Positions 8,901 through 19,715 of a DNA stretch of 64,000 bases are shown here, one piece after another. Position 1 is the stretch's first letter; every line of letters starts with the position of its first letter. This DNA comes from Gammaproteobacteria bacterium (GTDB lineage: Bacteria; Pseudomonadota; Gammaproteobacteria; Arenicellales; JAJDZL01). The translations under genes were made by a program, and so were the position numbers. A model generated the notes under the pieces. That model was given only the letters and a program-made list of their open reading frames with translations. It was not told the origin of the DNA and did no database searches. The DNA lies in assembly GCA_047517965.1 (NCBI GenBank), contig JAKZRU010000015.1:10982-74981 (forward strand), written 5' to 3'.

Positions 8901-10043
8901 ATGGAAATCAGGCGAAATCCTACTCGAACCGTTAACATAGGAAATAAGGTTATCGGAGGTGGGAATCCGTTAGTCGTGCAAAGCATGTGTACGGCACACA
9001 CAAGTGATTCTGAGGCAACTGCAAAGCAGGCAACCATACTCAGTGAAGCAGGTGCCGGTGTGGTTCGTATAGCAGTGGACAACAAAAAAGATGCTGCAGC
9101 ACTAGAAGCCATTCGAGATAACTGTGATGCAAACTTGAGTGTCGATTTGCAGGAAAACTATCGTCTCGCAGCATCCGTAGCAAAATACGTCGATAAAATC
9201 AGATACAACCCCGGTCATCTGCATCATCATGAGCGAAAGAAGTCTATTGAAGACAAAGTGAAGTTCCTGGCGGATGTTGCATCCGAAAACGACTGTGCGA
9301 TGCGTGTAGGCGTCAATTCCGGATCAGTAGACCCCGACAAAAAAGCAAAGTTTCCAGATGATGATGCGGTATCACCAATGGTTGCAAGCGCTTTGGAACA
9401 TTGCGAAATGCTGGATCGCATTGGATTCGTACGGTTTTGCGTGTCGCTGAAAAGCTCAAGACCAGACCGAGTGATAGAAGCAAACAAGATGTTCGCAGAG
9501 AAACGCCCTGATATTCCTATTCATCTTGGCGTTACCGAGGCCGGAATGCCTCCGGATGGAATAATCAAAACAAGAATTGCTTTCGAGCAGCTTTTTGCGA
9601 AAGGAATTGGGGATACAGTTCGCGTATCGCTTACTCTACCGGAAGCGGAAAAATACAAAGAAATTATTGCAGGTAAAGAGATCATCAGTGATTTTGCCGC
9701 TGGACGAGTACGCTCTGTGGTTCGATTTGATCCAGACCGGCTCAACATCATCTCCTGCCCCAGTTGTTCACGCGTGGAGAATGAGGCTTTTATCGATCTT
9801 GCCAGACAGGTAAAGGAAATTACTCAAGAAATAAAAGATGAAGCGATTACTATCGCGATCATGGGCTGTCGCGTGAACGGCCCTGGCGAAACCGATGATG
9901 CCGACTTAGGCCTGTGGTGCGGACCGAATTTCGTTAACCTGAAGAAAGGAGAAGAAAAAATCGGAGCCTTTCGTTACAACGAAATCCTGAGTCAGCTGCA
10001 AGTACAGATTGACAAACTCATCGAAGAGCGAAATACACCATAG
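8901..10043 (+). CDS. ispG: (E)-4-hydroxy-3-methylbut-2-enyl-diphosphate synthase
   Basis: [31 protein letters not shown], 4Fe-4[17 protein letters not shown]. Confidence 0.95.
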   Translation: MEIRRNPTRTVNIGNKVIGGGNPLVVQSMCTAHTSDSEATAKQATILSEAGAGVVRIAVDNKKDAAALEAIRDNCDANLSVDLQENYRLAASVAKYVDKIRYNPGHLHHHERKKSIEDKVKFLADVASENDCAMRVGVNSGSVDPDKKAKFPDDDAVSPMVASALEHCEMLDRIGFVRFCVSLKSSRPDRVIEANKMFAEKRPDIPIHLGVTEAGMPPDGIIKTRIAFEQLFAKGIGDTVRVSLTLPEAEKYKEIIAGKEIISDFAAGRVRSVVRFDPDRLNIISCPSCSRVENEAFIDLARQVKEITQEIKDEAITIAIMGCRVNGPGETDDADLGLWCGPNFVNLKKGEEKIGAFRYNEILSQLQVQIDKLIEERNTP

Positions 10044-10055
10044 ATTAATTGTTGT

Positions 10056-11732
10056 TTACTCGTCGGTAACGCAGCCCTCGCTTGCAGTCTTAACTGTCTT
10101 GATGTAGCGGTATAAAGTGCCACGCGTGGTTTTGTAAGCGGGCATGACCCACTTATCTTTGCGCTTGGCCAGTTCTTCCTCGCTCAAATCTACGTCAATC
10201 GTATTCGAGACCGCATCTATTGTGATTCGATCTCCGTTTTCGACCAGAGCAATCGGACCACCCTCTTGAGCCTCAGGCACGATATGCCCGACAATAAATC
10301 CATGAGACCCGCCTGAGAAGCGGCCATCGGTAATGAGCGCTACATCCGCGCCCAATCCAGCACCCATCACTGCCGATGTAGGGGTAAGCATTTCCGGCAT
10401 ACCGGGGCCGCCAGTCGGACCCTCATATCGGATTACGATTACATCGCCCTTTTGTATTTGTCCCTGTTCCAATGCGGCAAGCATGTCTTCTTCTCCATCA
10501 AAAACGCGCGCAATTCCCGAGAAAATTTCTCCTTCCTTACCGGTGATTTTGGCGACCGAACCTTGCGGGGCAAGATTTCCCTTTAGAATCTGAATGTGAC
10601 TGGTGGGTTTGATTGGATTATCAATCGATCGCAGAATTTTCTGTCCTTCAGTCAGGTCATCCACATCTTCAAGGTTTTCCGCGATAGTTTTTCCGGTAAC
10701 TGTCATGCAATCTCCATTCAACAGACCCTGCTGAAGTAGATACTTCATTACGGCCGGAATGCCACCAATGCCATGCAAATCTTCCATCACATACTGACCG
10801 CTCGGCTTCAAATTTGCTAGAAACGGAATTCTATCGCTCACGGATTGAAAATCATCAATCGTCAGGGCGACATCAACCGATCTGGCCATCGCAATCAGGT
10901 GCAGCACTGCATTGGTAGACCCGCCAAGAACACTTACGATGACCATTGCATTTTCGAACGCTTCCCTAGTCATGATGTCTTTCGGCAATAGATTCAATTT
11001 CATCAAATGCAAAACCGCTTTTCCGGCATCTTGGCACTCTTTCAGTTTTCCACTGTCATTGGCTGGCGTCGATGAACTGAATGGCAGCGACATACCCATA
11101 GCTTCAATCGCGCTCGCCATTGTATTGGCGGTGTACATTCCACCACAGGCACCTGCACCCGGACACGCATTTCGAACAATATCCATTCGCTGATTCTCAT
11201 CAATTCTGCCGGCAATAAACTCTCCGTAACTCTGGAATGCGGATACGATGTCCACTTTCTGCGTTCCTGCAGTACCTGCTCGAATGGTGCCGCCATATAT
11301 CATCAGCGACGGGCGATTTAGTCTACCCATTGCCATCAAACAGCCTGGCATATTTTTGTCGCAACCAGGTATGGTAATGAGAGCGTCATACCACTGCCCG
11401 GCAACGACGGTCTCAATCGAATCGGCAATCAAATCTCGAGATTGCAGCGAGTAACTCATACCTTCGGTTCCCATTGATATTCCATCGCTCACACCGATCG
11501 TGTTAAATCGCATTCCAAGCATACCAGCATCTTCAACACCATGCTTTGAGTGAGCTGCCAGTTCATTGAGATGCATGTTGCATGTATTGCCTTCCCACCA
11601 AATGCTCGCAATGCCGACCTGGGCCTTGTTCATGTCGGCGTCAGTCATACCCGTGCCATACAGCATCGCCTGCGATGCGCCCTGGGCCTTTGATTGCGTC
11701 AATCGAGAACTGATTTTGTTTAGTTGCTCCAC
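10056..11732 (-). CDS. ilvD: Dihydroxy-acid dehydratase
   Basis: [49 protein letters not shown]. Confidence 0.96.
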   Translation of the reverse strand: MEQLNKISSRLTQSKAQGASQAMLYGTGMTDADMNKAQVGIASIWWEGNTCNMHLNELAAHSKHGVEDAGMLGMRFNTIGVSDGISMGTEGMSYSLQSRDLIADSIETVVAGQWYDALITIPGCDKNMPGCLMAMGRLNRPSLMIYGGTIRAGTAGTQKVDIVSAFQSYGEFIAGRIDENQRMDIVRNACPGAGACGGMYTANTMASAIEAMGMSLPFSSSTPANDSGKLKECQDAGKAVLHLMKLNLLPKDIMTREAFENAMVIVSVLGGSTNAVLHLIAMARSVDVALTIDDFQSVSDRIPFLANLKPSGQYVMEDLHGIGGIPAVMKYLLQQGLLNGDCMTVTGKTIAENLEDVDDLTEGQKILRSIDNPIKPTSHIQILKGNLAPQGSVAKITGKEGEIFSGIARVFDGEEDMLAALEQGQIQKGDVIVIRYEGPTGGPGMPEMLTPTSAVMGAGLGADVALITDGRFSGGSHGFIVGHIVPEAQEGGPIALVENGDRITIDAVSNTIDVDLSEEELAKRKDKWVMPAYKTTRGTLYRYIKTVKTASEGCVTDE

Positions 11733-11759
11733 ATTTCCCTCCTCTCTGAAATAATTGCC

Positions 11760-12782
11760 TTAGGTATCCGTGATTGGTTCAACGAGATCGTCAAACTTCG
11801 TCTCAATGGTTGCCAGCCTTATATCGGACATTTTGTAAGCCCAGCCCTCCCATCGTCTATTTAAATTAACTGATTCTTCTTGAGTCTCTGTTGTGGCAGC
11901 CTCATCCACATCCGCGCTGAACACGGCATAATCTTTAAATTCCCCGCTTCCTAGCTTCGCTGTCACTTCAAGTCCGTCGAACGTCTTTGTCGCAACGGTT
12001 GCGCGAGTAACCCACCCAGTAGCTTTTTTTACATCCTCGAACCGCAAATCTCGAAAAACCTCACCGATGTCATTAATTGAGTACTGATAGCGAATTTTGT
12101 GTTGATCAGGCAAGCTGGCGAGCAGATAATTTTTATCTGCCCCAGATAATTTATACGCCCGAATCGGTGGTGCATTGCCAGACATGATCTGAACTTCCCC
12201 AACTCGAATTTCATCAAGATCAACAATTTCAGAATCCAACCAATCGAAAGGCTTTGACATGGCCAGTTGTGAACTTTCAGAAAGCCAAGTTTGATCTTGG
12301 TTCGGCTCTCGTACGTAGTATTCGTACAGATGAGAATTTCTTTTGGAAGACTTCTGCTTGCCAATATATAAGTCTGCGAGAATTTCACTCTCTGCCGACA
12401 AGAGAGTAATCTTAATTGTAGGAGATTCCATTACTTCAATCCCGGCAAGGTCCAAAGCGGCGTGCTTATCGGGATTCCCCGTCTTGGCTTCCAGTTTTCG
12501 CAATTGACTCATCCCGATCAGAAATTTTTGCACCAAGCTGAATATTGCAGGATAGAATTCAAGCTCTTTTACTCTCCATGCTTCGTTTTCAAATATCACG
12601 GACAGTTCAGATTGATTTGTTCTTACTGATATTGTTGTAACGTTATTAACTTGATCCACCAGCTCGGGGAATAACAACCCATGATCCGGCAATTTTGATG
12701 TTGAAGTGCGATCCTGCAATATAAAGAAAGCAATAACACCGATGCTCAATACAGCGATTCCAATCAGTAATGATCGCTTCAT
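11760..12782 (-). CDS. DUF4340 domain membrane-anchored protein (Gld-like ABC accessory)
   Basis: N-terminal TM anchor, LYIGK..YVR..W pattern; overlaps the GldG-like gene by 4 nt. Confidence 0.7.
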   Translation of the reverse strand: MKRSLLIGIAVLSIGVIAFFILQDRTSTSKLPDHGLLFPELVDQVNNVTTISVRTNQSELSVIFENEAWRVKELEFYPAIFSLVQKFLIGMSQLRKLEAKTGNPDKHAALDLAGIEVMESPTIKITLLSAESEILADLYIGKQKSSKRNSHLYEYYVREPNQDQTWLSESSQLAMSKPFDWLDSEIVDLDEIRVGEVQIMSGNAPPIRAYKLSGADKNYLLASLPDQHKIRYQYSINDIGEVFRDLRFEDVKKATGWVTRATVATKTFDGLEVTAKLGSGEFKDYAVFSADVDEAATTETQEESVNLNRRWEGWAYKMSDIRLATIETKFDDLVEPITDT

Positions 12783-14707
12783 GTCGTCTTGATGAATTTT
12801 GTAATTTCAAGCACCAACTTTCTCTGTCGACGTCGTGCACCAAATGTAACTGCCAACACACCGAAAATTGCAACAAACAAAGGAACGACCAATATATTGA
12901 TCAGAATTATGTTGGTTTCCAATTGTTGAATATCCATCCCTAGATTTCTCTGAACTTCGCGCAATTCCCTTCGAATTTCCAGTTTGTTTTGGAGGGTACG
13001 CTTTATTTCTTCACGCTGGTCATCGTTCAGAATTCTTTCGCCCTGCTCACTGTTCTGATTCGCACCATAGTCGACAAGGAGATTGTCTGTGCGTTTCAAC
13101 TCTTCAAGCAATTGAAGTTCGTGCTGCCGATATTGCTGTTCTGCAGCCTGTCTGATTTCCTGCATTCGCTGAAACGGACGAAAGTAGCTACCGCGACTGC
13201 GTACACCGATTAGATTATTGTTGCCAGACAAATTGTCGATCGCGTTAAATATCAATTCTCCATTGGAAGCATCCGCGAAAGTAATTGTTTGGCCGAGAAG
13301 TTGCTGATTACGAATCCAGAAACGGTCATGCAAAAAATCGGTATCGGCAACAACAATCGCATTCACCTGCCCTTTCAGAATCTGCGATGGCTCGATTTTT
13401 TCTTCGATGTCCTTCGCAGATGACGGCGCACCTTGCGGATAGGCTGTTGCCGCCTCTCCACTGATCCTTGCTGCCATCAGCAGTTGCTCGCCGCCTTCTA
13501 GATATCCCTCCAGTAGCTTTCGAATACTTGTAGTGCTGGAAAATTCCTCATAATCGTACAGCTTCGCCGCAGTCGAGGACTTTATCAACGGCTCAATGAC
13601 GAGTGAAGACTCAATATCAGTTTCAAATATGCCCGCAGTTGCCATGATGATATTTCCGAGCTGGGATGTCACTACATCACGAGGACTTAATTGCTCAGGT
13701 TGAACGTTCATCCATACCGGATAATCTATGGTTTCACCAGATGAGCCGTCACCTTCTAGCACTCGTGCCGCGATTGGCAAATCTCCGACAATTTTGCCTT
13801 CCACCAGTGTAATTCCCCAGTTTTTCATCAGGGAGTTCAAATTCGAACCCGTGTTTAAGGATGGCATTTGCGGCAAACTGCCGAGCATTGCAGACAGAAT
13901 TTCTGAAAAAGGATCAACCAACACAACAAGACTATTGCCGTCAAGCACGAATTGATCGATGTTGTACAACAACCTGTCAGATAAATTTTGTGGGTGAATC
14001 AAGACAAGCATGTCGAGGTCGTCTGGCAGGTCTTCGTCTGACGACGCAAGCAACTGAACATCAAAGAAATTATTCAGCTGAACAAAGAAAGTCCAAGGCG
14101 GACTCTGTCCAGCAGGATTGGGCGAAAAACCACCTGTACCCTGAATCGGCAGAGAACTGATCACTCCTATAGTTTTGCGTTCTTGGTCAGCGAGTTGAAC
14201 GACCAGCTTTGTGAGATCGTACTCCAGTAACTCTTCACGTTCTGGAAAAAACACTGAGATTGTTTCAGTGTCATCAAGACTATTCGTACCGATCAATCCC
14301 AGATAGGCAATATTGCCGTCGCCGACAGGAATTCCTTGCAGTCCATGTCCAACCGCTAAATCTTCCTCTTCAGAAAATTGTTGAGGTTCAATTGTTCTCA
14401 GACTGACTCTCCCGTCTGACAGACGTTTATATTCATTCAGAAGATCCTCCACACGGTCTGCATAAGCATTAATTCCGGGTAATTCGAGAAGTTCGGTTTT
14501 TGAAATGAAATAGGTCAGTTGCACCGGTTCACGAAGATTTTTCAAAATTTTGACTGTCCCTTCGGAAAGCGTGTAAAGCTTGTTGTCAGTGAGATCAATA
14601 CGATATCGCGACAGCAATTCGCCCCCCATTAGGTTTAAAACCAGGAAAAATAGAATGGCGGTGGAGACAGCGCCGATATTTGACCAGTTGACTTTGAAAT
14701 TTCGCAC
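12779..14707 (-). CDS. GldG-family ABC-type uncharacterised transport auxiliary protein
   Basis: RIDLTDNKLYTLSEGT, LEYDL, DQFVL.G, VVADTDFL, NAIDNL, C-terminal coiled coil plus TM. Confidence 0.85.
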   Translation of the reverse strand: MRNFKVNWSNIGAVSTAILFFLVLNLMGGELLSRYRIDLTDNKLYTLSEGTVKILKNLREPVQLTYFISKTELLELPGINAYADRVEDLLNEYKRLSDGRVSLRTIEPQQFSEEEDLAVGHGLQGIPVGDGNIAYLGLIGTNSLDDTETISVFFPEREELLEYDLTKLVVQLADQERKTIGVISSLPIQGTGGFSPNPAGQSPPWTFFVQLNNFFDVQLLASSDEDLPDDLDMLVLIHPQNLSDRLLYNIDQFVLDGNSLVVLVDPFSEILSAMLGSLPQMPSLNTGSNLNSLMKNWGITLVEGKIVGDLPIAARVLEGDGSSGETIDYPVWMNVQPEQLSPRDVVTSQLGNIIMATAGIFETDIESSLVIEPLIKSSTAAKLYDYEEFSSTTSIRKLLEGYLEGGEQLLMAARISGEAATAYPQGAPSSAKDIEEKIEPSQILKGQVNAIVVADTDFLHDRFWIRNQQLLGQTITFADASNGELIFNAIDNLSGNNNLIGVRSRGSYFRPFQRMQEIRQAAEQQYRQHELQLLEELKRTDNLLVDYGANQNSEQGERILNDDQREEIKRTLQNKLEIRRELREVQRNLGMDIQQLETNIILINILVVPLFVAIFGVLAVTFGARRRQRKLVLEITKFIKTT

Positions 14708-14709
14708 AA

Positions 14710-15450
14710 CTATTTATTTTTTTTGACATCAACAGCGATAACGCTGAGGAAAATGAAAAGTGCCGAAACAGACAAGAAGAATACGATGCTGGAAACAGAA
14801 ATAACACCCTTGGTAATGGTGCTGAAATGTGTTAGATAGTTCAGGCTGATGATGGTTTCAGCCAGAATGGCTGGTAACCAGATCGACAGAATATTCTGAA
14901 TGAAAACCAGTTGGCCGAGGGTAAAAAACAAATTAACGACAACTCCCATCACGAATGCAATGACCTGATTCTGCGTCATCGCTGACATGCAACTACTCAC
15001 TGCGAGATAACTTCCGGCCATGAGCAGACTTCCAAGATAGCTGGAAAGAATCACACCGTTGTCGGGGTTACCCAGATAATTGACCGATAGCCACATCGGA
15101 ACTGTTAACACCAGCGCAAATGCTATAAACACCCAAGATGCGAGAAATTTCCCCAGTACAGCAGAAAATGTACTGATCGGCAATGTCAGCAGGGTCTGAA
15201 TTGTTCCGGTTTTTCGCTCTTCAGCCCACAAGCGCATTCCCAGAGCCGGTGCCAATACCAAATAAAGCCACGGGTGAAAACTGAAAAATGAAGCGAGGTC
15301 TGCCTGCTGCCGTTCAAAGAATCCTCCAACATGAAACGCGAACACGCTGGTCAATACCAGAAAAATTGTTAAAAATACATAGGCAATCGGTGTATAAAAG
15401 TAATCTGCCAATTCTCGACGAAAAATTGCTACCCAAGATGGCATATGCAT
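14710..15450 (-). CDS. ABC-2 permease (GldF-like)
   Basis: RREL..YF.TPIAYVF, MRLWAEERKTGT..LLTLP, GKFLA, NQVIAF. Confidence 0.88.
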   Translation of the reverse strand: MHMPSWVAIFRRELADYFYTPIAYVFLTIFLVLTSVFAFHVGGFFERQQADLASFFSFHPWLYLVLAPALGMRLWAEERKTGTIQTLLTLPISTFSAVLGKFLASWVFIAFALVLTVPMWLSVNYLGNPDNGVILSSYLGSLLMAGSYLAVSSCMSAMTQNQVIAFVMGVVVNLFFTLGQLVFIQNILSIWLPAILAETIISLNYLTHFSTITKGVISVSSIVFFLSVSALFIFLSVIAVDVKKNK

Positions 15451-15755
15451 AAATCCTTGTCCTTAATAGCGGCTTCGACTGATTGAAGCAGTAAGTTCAT
15501 AATTTTCCATAAGATCAGAGCTTTGAGTTTCTGAAGCAATCCTTCGCGTAGTTGAATCTAACAGCGGCGCCGAAATCCAATCACTTATTTATTTTGCAAA
15601 AATTGAGTAACCGCATTCGGTTATCCGAGTGAACTTGGAGTAGTTTTGCTTCACTAATTTTGCTTGTTTTACCTAGTCCTTGATCCAGCAATATTACATG
15701 TTAGAAAGACTTATGAATTATATCTGTGTAAAAATTATCCTGAAGCTGCCAAACG

Positions 15756-17309
15756 ATGACATTTGACGAACGACTGCAAAGAATCGGTGATTCTGCCGAC
15801 CAAATAATCCCAAAAATCCGACGAGGCATTGAAAAGGAAAGCCTTCGTATTTCCTCGGATGGACACCTGTCGCAGCGTTCACATCCGCGAGCGCTAGGAT
15901 CGGCCCTGACTCATCCATTTATTACAACCGATTACTCGGAAGCTTTAATCGAACTGGTTACACCAACATTTTACTCGTCCAACGAGGTGTTGCATCATCT
16001 AGAACAGTTGCATCAAGTCGTATTTCAGCACATTGATGATGAACTGCTTTGGGTGAACAGTTTGCCTTGTTTGTTAGGAGATGAAAATTCCATTCCCATC
16101 GCAGAATTCGGAACATCAAATGTTGGACGAATGAAGCACGTGTATCGACGTGGACTGGGATTTCGATATGGTCGAAAAATGCAGATTATTGCAGGACTTC
16201 ACTACAATTTTTCAGTGCCAGATTCTTTCTGGGATGCACTTGGAATTTCCAGCTACGACTCAAATGGAAACACGATTTCCAATGCATATATGGCAGGCAT
16301 TCGGAATTTCCACCGCTACTGCTGGCTGCTATTCTTCCTGTTCGGTGCATCGCCTGCAGCCTGTCGTTCTTTCTTTGGCGAAATTGACTCTCCCGAATTA
16401 ATGAATCTGGGGTCGCACACACTGTATTCCCCCCATGCAACGTCAATCAGAATGAGCAATTATGGATACAGAAACCCGGTTCAGTCGGAGATTTTCATTG
16501 ACCACAATTCGATTGATCGATATATCGAAACGCTGAAAAATACGATTAACACTCCTTATCCCAAATATGAAAAAATCGAATCTAAACCAGACGGCGAATT
16601 TGCCCAGTTGAATTCAAATCTGCTGCAAATAGAAAATGAATACTATTCCGTGATTCGCCCGAAGCGCAGAACACTCCCTTTGGAAAAACCGACCCAAGCC
16701 CTTCAAAGCAGTGGTGTTGAATATATAGAGGTGCGATGCTTGGATCTTGATCCTTTTGAGACGATTGGAATTTCCGATTCTCAAGCTAAATTTATGGATG
16801 TGTTTCTTGTCTATTGCCTCCTATGCCCCAGTCCTTCGTTGTCGAATGAACATCCACAGATAATTGCTGCAAACAAGGATGCAACTGTTCTAAACGGCCG
16901 CGCACCAGACTTCATGCTTCAGAAAAACGGCAAGAAGATAACATTGGCTTCTTGGGGATCCAAGTTGATGGAGGATATGGAAGCAGTAGCCGAAATTTTT
17001 GACAAGGTATCGACAGTTCATGGCTATCGTCAGGCAGTTCACGACCAGATATTGAAACTGAACAATCCAGAGAGAACGCCTTCGGCTCGCATTCTCAAAG
17101 AGTTGCTGGAGCGTAATGAAGCGTTCTTTGAATTCGCTATGCGTAAAGCGCAAGAGTCGAAAAAAGCAATCACTGGCAAAATGTTTGCACAGTCGGATGC
17201 CGAATACTACGACGATGTTGCTCGCGCTTCAATTGAGAAGCAAATGGAAATTGAAAGAGAAGATGATTTAGATTTTGAGCAGTTTCTTAAAAATTATTTC
17301 TGTCAGTAA
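15756..17309 (+). CDS. gshA: Glutamate--cysteine ligase
   Basis: RGIEKESLR, HPRALGSALTHPFITTDYSE, GLHYNFS, LQIENEYY, GVEYIEVRCLD. Confidence 0.96.
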   Translation: MTFDERLQRIGDSADQIIPKIRRGIEKESLRISSDGHLSQRSHPRALGSALTHPFITTDYSEALIELVTPTFYSSNEVLHHLEQLHQVVFQHIDDELLWVNSLPCLLGDENSIPIAEFGTSNVGRMKHVYRRGLGFRYGRKMQIIAGLHYNFSVPDSFWDALGISSYDSNGNTISNAYMAGIRNFHRYCWLLFFLFGASPAACRSFFGEIDSPELMNLGSHTLYSPHATSIRMSNYGYRNPVQSEIFIDHNSIDRYIETLKNTINTPYPKYEKIESKPDGEFAQLNSNLLQIENEYYSVIRPKRRTLPLEKPTQALQSSGVEYIEVRCLDLDPFETIGISDSQAKFMDVFLVYCLLCPSPSLSNEHPQIIAANKDATVLNGRAPDFMLQKNGKKITLASWGSKLMEDMEAVAEIFDKVSTVHGYRQAVHDQILKLNNPERTPSARILKELLERNEAFFEFAMRKAQESKKAITGKMFAQSDAEYYDDVARASIEKQMEIEREDDLDFEQFLKNYFCQ

Positions 17310-17425
17310 TTTGCAGAATTTTTGAGCTAAATTCAGCGGTCAATAGAAAACAAATCGTTGAGAGAATACATAAGAGTATAGTCTTATAGAATTGTTTTAT
17401 TTATATTCTATATGGAAGTTAAAAT

Positions 17426-18355
17426 TTAATATGCACGTTTTCGATTGACAATCCCATCAATCGGTTCACCTTTCTTCATCTTTTCCATATTTTCTAGAAT
17501 TACCAGGCTTGCAGTTGCAGGATTTGGTTTGCTCGCACAATGTGGTGTCACAGTGACGTTCGGTTCGTCCCAGTAAGGATGCTCAGGAGGAAGGGGCTCA
17601 GTGCGAAAGACATCCAGAACCGCACCGGCAATATGCCCACTTCGTACCGCTTCCAATAAAGCATCATCATCAATAGGCTCGCCTCTTCCGCAGTTCACCA
17701 AACACGCCCCCGAAGGCAACTGGGCTAGGGTTTGTTCGTTGAGTAAATTATCTGTAGCAGATGTTCTTGGCAGCAGACATACGAGTATCTCAGATCGGTT
17801 TAAAAATTCCTTTAGCTGGGACTGCCCAAAATAGGAATGCACGTTCGGAATATCTTTCCGGCTATTGCTGAATCCGATCACTGTGAAGCCAAGCTGTGTC
17901 AGTGCTGCAGCACAAGCTTCACCGAGCACACCAAGCCCTAGAATTCCTACGCAGGTATCCCACGGCGACTTGAACACTGATTTAAACGGGTGCTGCCAGA
18001 CTCGAGGCTTATATTCTGATATCTGAATGTGAAACCCTGTTACATGATGGATGACATAAACTACGATGCCACTCGTCAATCCCGGCTCTGTCATCCTCAC
18101 AATTGGCAAATGGCCAATGCTGGAATCCGATAGCAGATCCTCAATGCCAGCCCACATAGAAAATATTGCTTTCAGATTTGGATAACGGGCTAAATCACCC
18201 CGCGGGGGTTTCGCAACAATCGCAAATTCAATGTCTTCAATATGACCTACGTCCGGCCAAATGCGCAAATCCAGATCAGGTGAATTTCGACGTAGTTCTC
18301 CCGTCCAGCGTTCTATGTTTTCTTCGGTTGTGGAAAACAGTACTGCTCCACTCAT
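17426..18355 (-). CDS. ghrA: Glyoxylate/hydroxypyruvate reductase A-like D-2-hydroxyacid dehydrogenase
   Basis: GILGLGVLG, LLPRT, NCGRG, LDVF..EPLP..HP.W, TPH. Confidence 0.8.
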   Translation of the reverse strand: MSGAVLFSTTEENIERWTGELRRNSPDLDLRIWPDVGHIEDIEFAIVAKPPRGDLARYPNLKAIFSMWAGIEDLLSDSSIGHLPIVRMTEPGLTSGIVVYVIHHVTGFHIQISEYKPRVWQHPFKSVFKSPWDTCVGILGLGVLGEACAAALTQLGFTVIGFSNSRKDIPNVHSYFGQSQLKEFLNRSEILVCLLPRTSATDNLLNEQTLAQLPSGACLVNCGRGEPIDDDALLEAVRSGHIAGAVLDVFRTEPLPPEHPYWDEPNVTVTPHCASKPNPATASLVILENMEKMKKGEPIDGIVNRKRAY

Positions 18356-18391
18356 ACTCGGTGCTCGCCGCTTCTACTTCAAATTTGCAGA

Positions 18392-19093
18392 CTACTGAAT
18401 ACTCAGCAATTCAATTTCAAATACGAGAGTCGCACTTGGCGGTATCGCTGGCGGAGCGCCACGATCGCCATATGCTAATTCCGGTGGAATCACCAATTGC
18501 CACTTTGCACCGACTGACATCAATTGCAGCGCTTCTTGCCAGCCTGGAATGATTGAGGCCAATCCAAAAGTTGTCGGTTCGTTGCGACTGTAGGAACTGT
18601 CAAATTCACTACCATCAACTAAAGTTCCGCGGTAGTGCACCGTTACTGAACTATCTAGCGTAGGTTTTACACCGTCTCCTTTTTCCAAGACAATGTAGAG
18701 TAACCCGCTGCCTGTCGATTTGGCGCTGTCCTGCTTGGCAAACTCTTCCCGAAAATCAGTGCCCATTTGTTTTGCATTCTCTATCAATTCCATTCTCCTT
18801 TTTTCAGTATCCGTTTGAACTTCAGCGAAAACGGATTGCATTTTTTCTTCCGTCATCCTCAGATCACGGCGTAGCAATATATCAGTTATTCCGGCAACAA
18901 CTACTTCCCCCGAAAGCTGTACTCCCAGTTGCTGTAATTCCTGAACAACTTGAATTCCAACTTGAATTCCCACCGCATAACTGAATTGCGCATCCAGTGT
19001 ATCTAGATTAACCTCCTGTGCATGTGATTTGCCAGAGATAACCACAGAGTAAGGAATCAATAGAGCAAAGACTAAGGGTCGAAATCTTTTCAT
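18392..19093 (-). CDS. FKBP-type peptidyl-prolyl cis-trans isomerase (FkpA/Mip-like, exported)
   Basis: Signal peptide, [44 protein letters not shown]; start 19093 or 19114. Confidence 0.92.
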   Translation of the reverse strand: MKRFRPLVFALLIPYSVVISGKSHAQEVNLDTLDAQFSYAVGIQVGIQVVQELQQLGVQLSGEVVVAGITDILLRRDLRMTEEKMQSVFAEVQTDTEKRRMELIENAKQMGTDFREEFAKQDSAKSTGSGLLYIVLEKGDGVKPTLDSSVTVHYRGTLVDGSEFDSSYSRNEPTTFGLASIIPGWQEALQLMSVGAKWQLVIPPELAYGDRGAPPAIPPSATLVFEIELLSIQ

Positions 19094-19446
19094 AGTAGGG
19101 ATTACCTCATACAAGAGTTGAAACTAATTTCAAGTTATCTTGACTTCAAGTATTGCAACGGATCTCGTTGCCGTATATTTGGATACATGAAACATTCACA
19201 CGGATAAATTGAACTATTCAGTTCTGCGAGTAATAACTTTGAACAAACATTATTGCCAATGATACTTGATTCGAGAATCACGCAGAAATTCAATCCAAAC
19301 TGCTAACTTGAGATGAATAAATTGAATTCCAATCGATAAATTGTTGTTTTTTATGATTTTTACTTGTCTATATAATTTCCCTTGTATTTCCTACAAATTA
19401 AAAATGAAATTTCACTAACATAAGATTGCTGAATCAGGGGAGTTAC

Positions 19447-19710
19447 ATGCCAATTGACTCAAAATTACTGGAAATTCTCCGTTGTCCAGTAACTAAACAA
19501 CCGCTGTCCATGTTGACGAATGAGCAACTAAACATGATCAATTCCAAAATTGATGCGGGAACCGTTCACTATGCCGATGGATCAATGGTCGAGAGCAAAC
19601 TCGAAGAAGGATTGATTACCGACAACGGCACCTTCGTTTATCGGATTGATTCAGACATACCAATCATGTTGCAGGATCAAAGTATTCCAATGATCGAAGT
19701 CGAATCATAA
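19447..19710 (+). CDS. Trm112 family protein
   Basis: LLEILRCPVTK...YRID..IPIML; ATG 19447 preceded by GGGGAG. Confidence 0.8.
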   Translation: MPIDSKLLEILRCPVTKQPLSMLTNEQLNMINSKIDAGTVHYADGSMVESKLEEGLITDNGTFVYRIDSDIPIMLQDQSIPMIEVES

Positions 19711-19715
19711 CGGCT

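Noticed and set aside
18948-18971. 12-nt tandem duplication in the FKBP gene (VGIQVGIQV)
   Set aside because: In-frame, only two copies, in a variable helix; no evident significance
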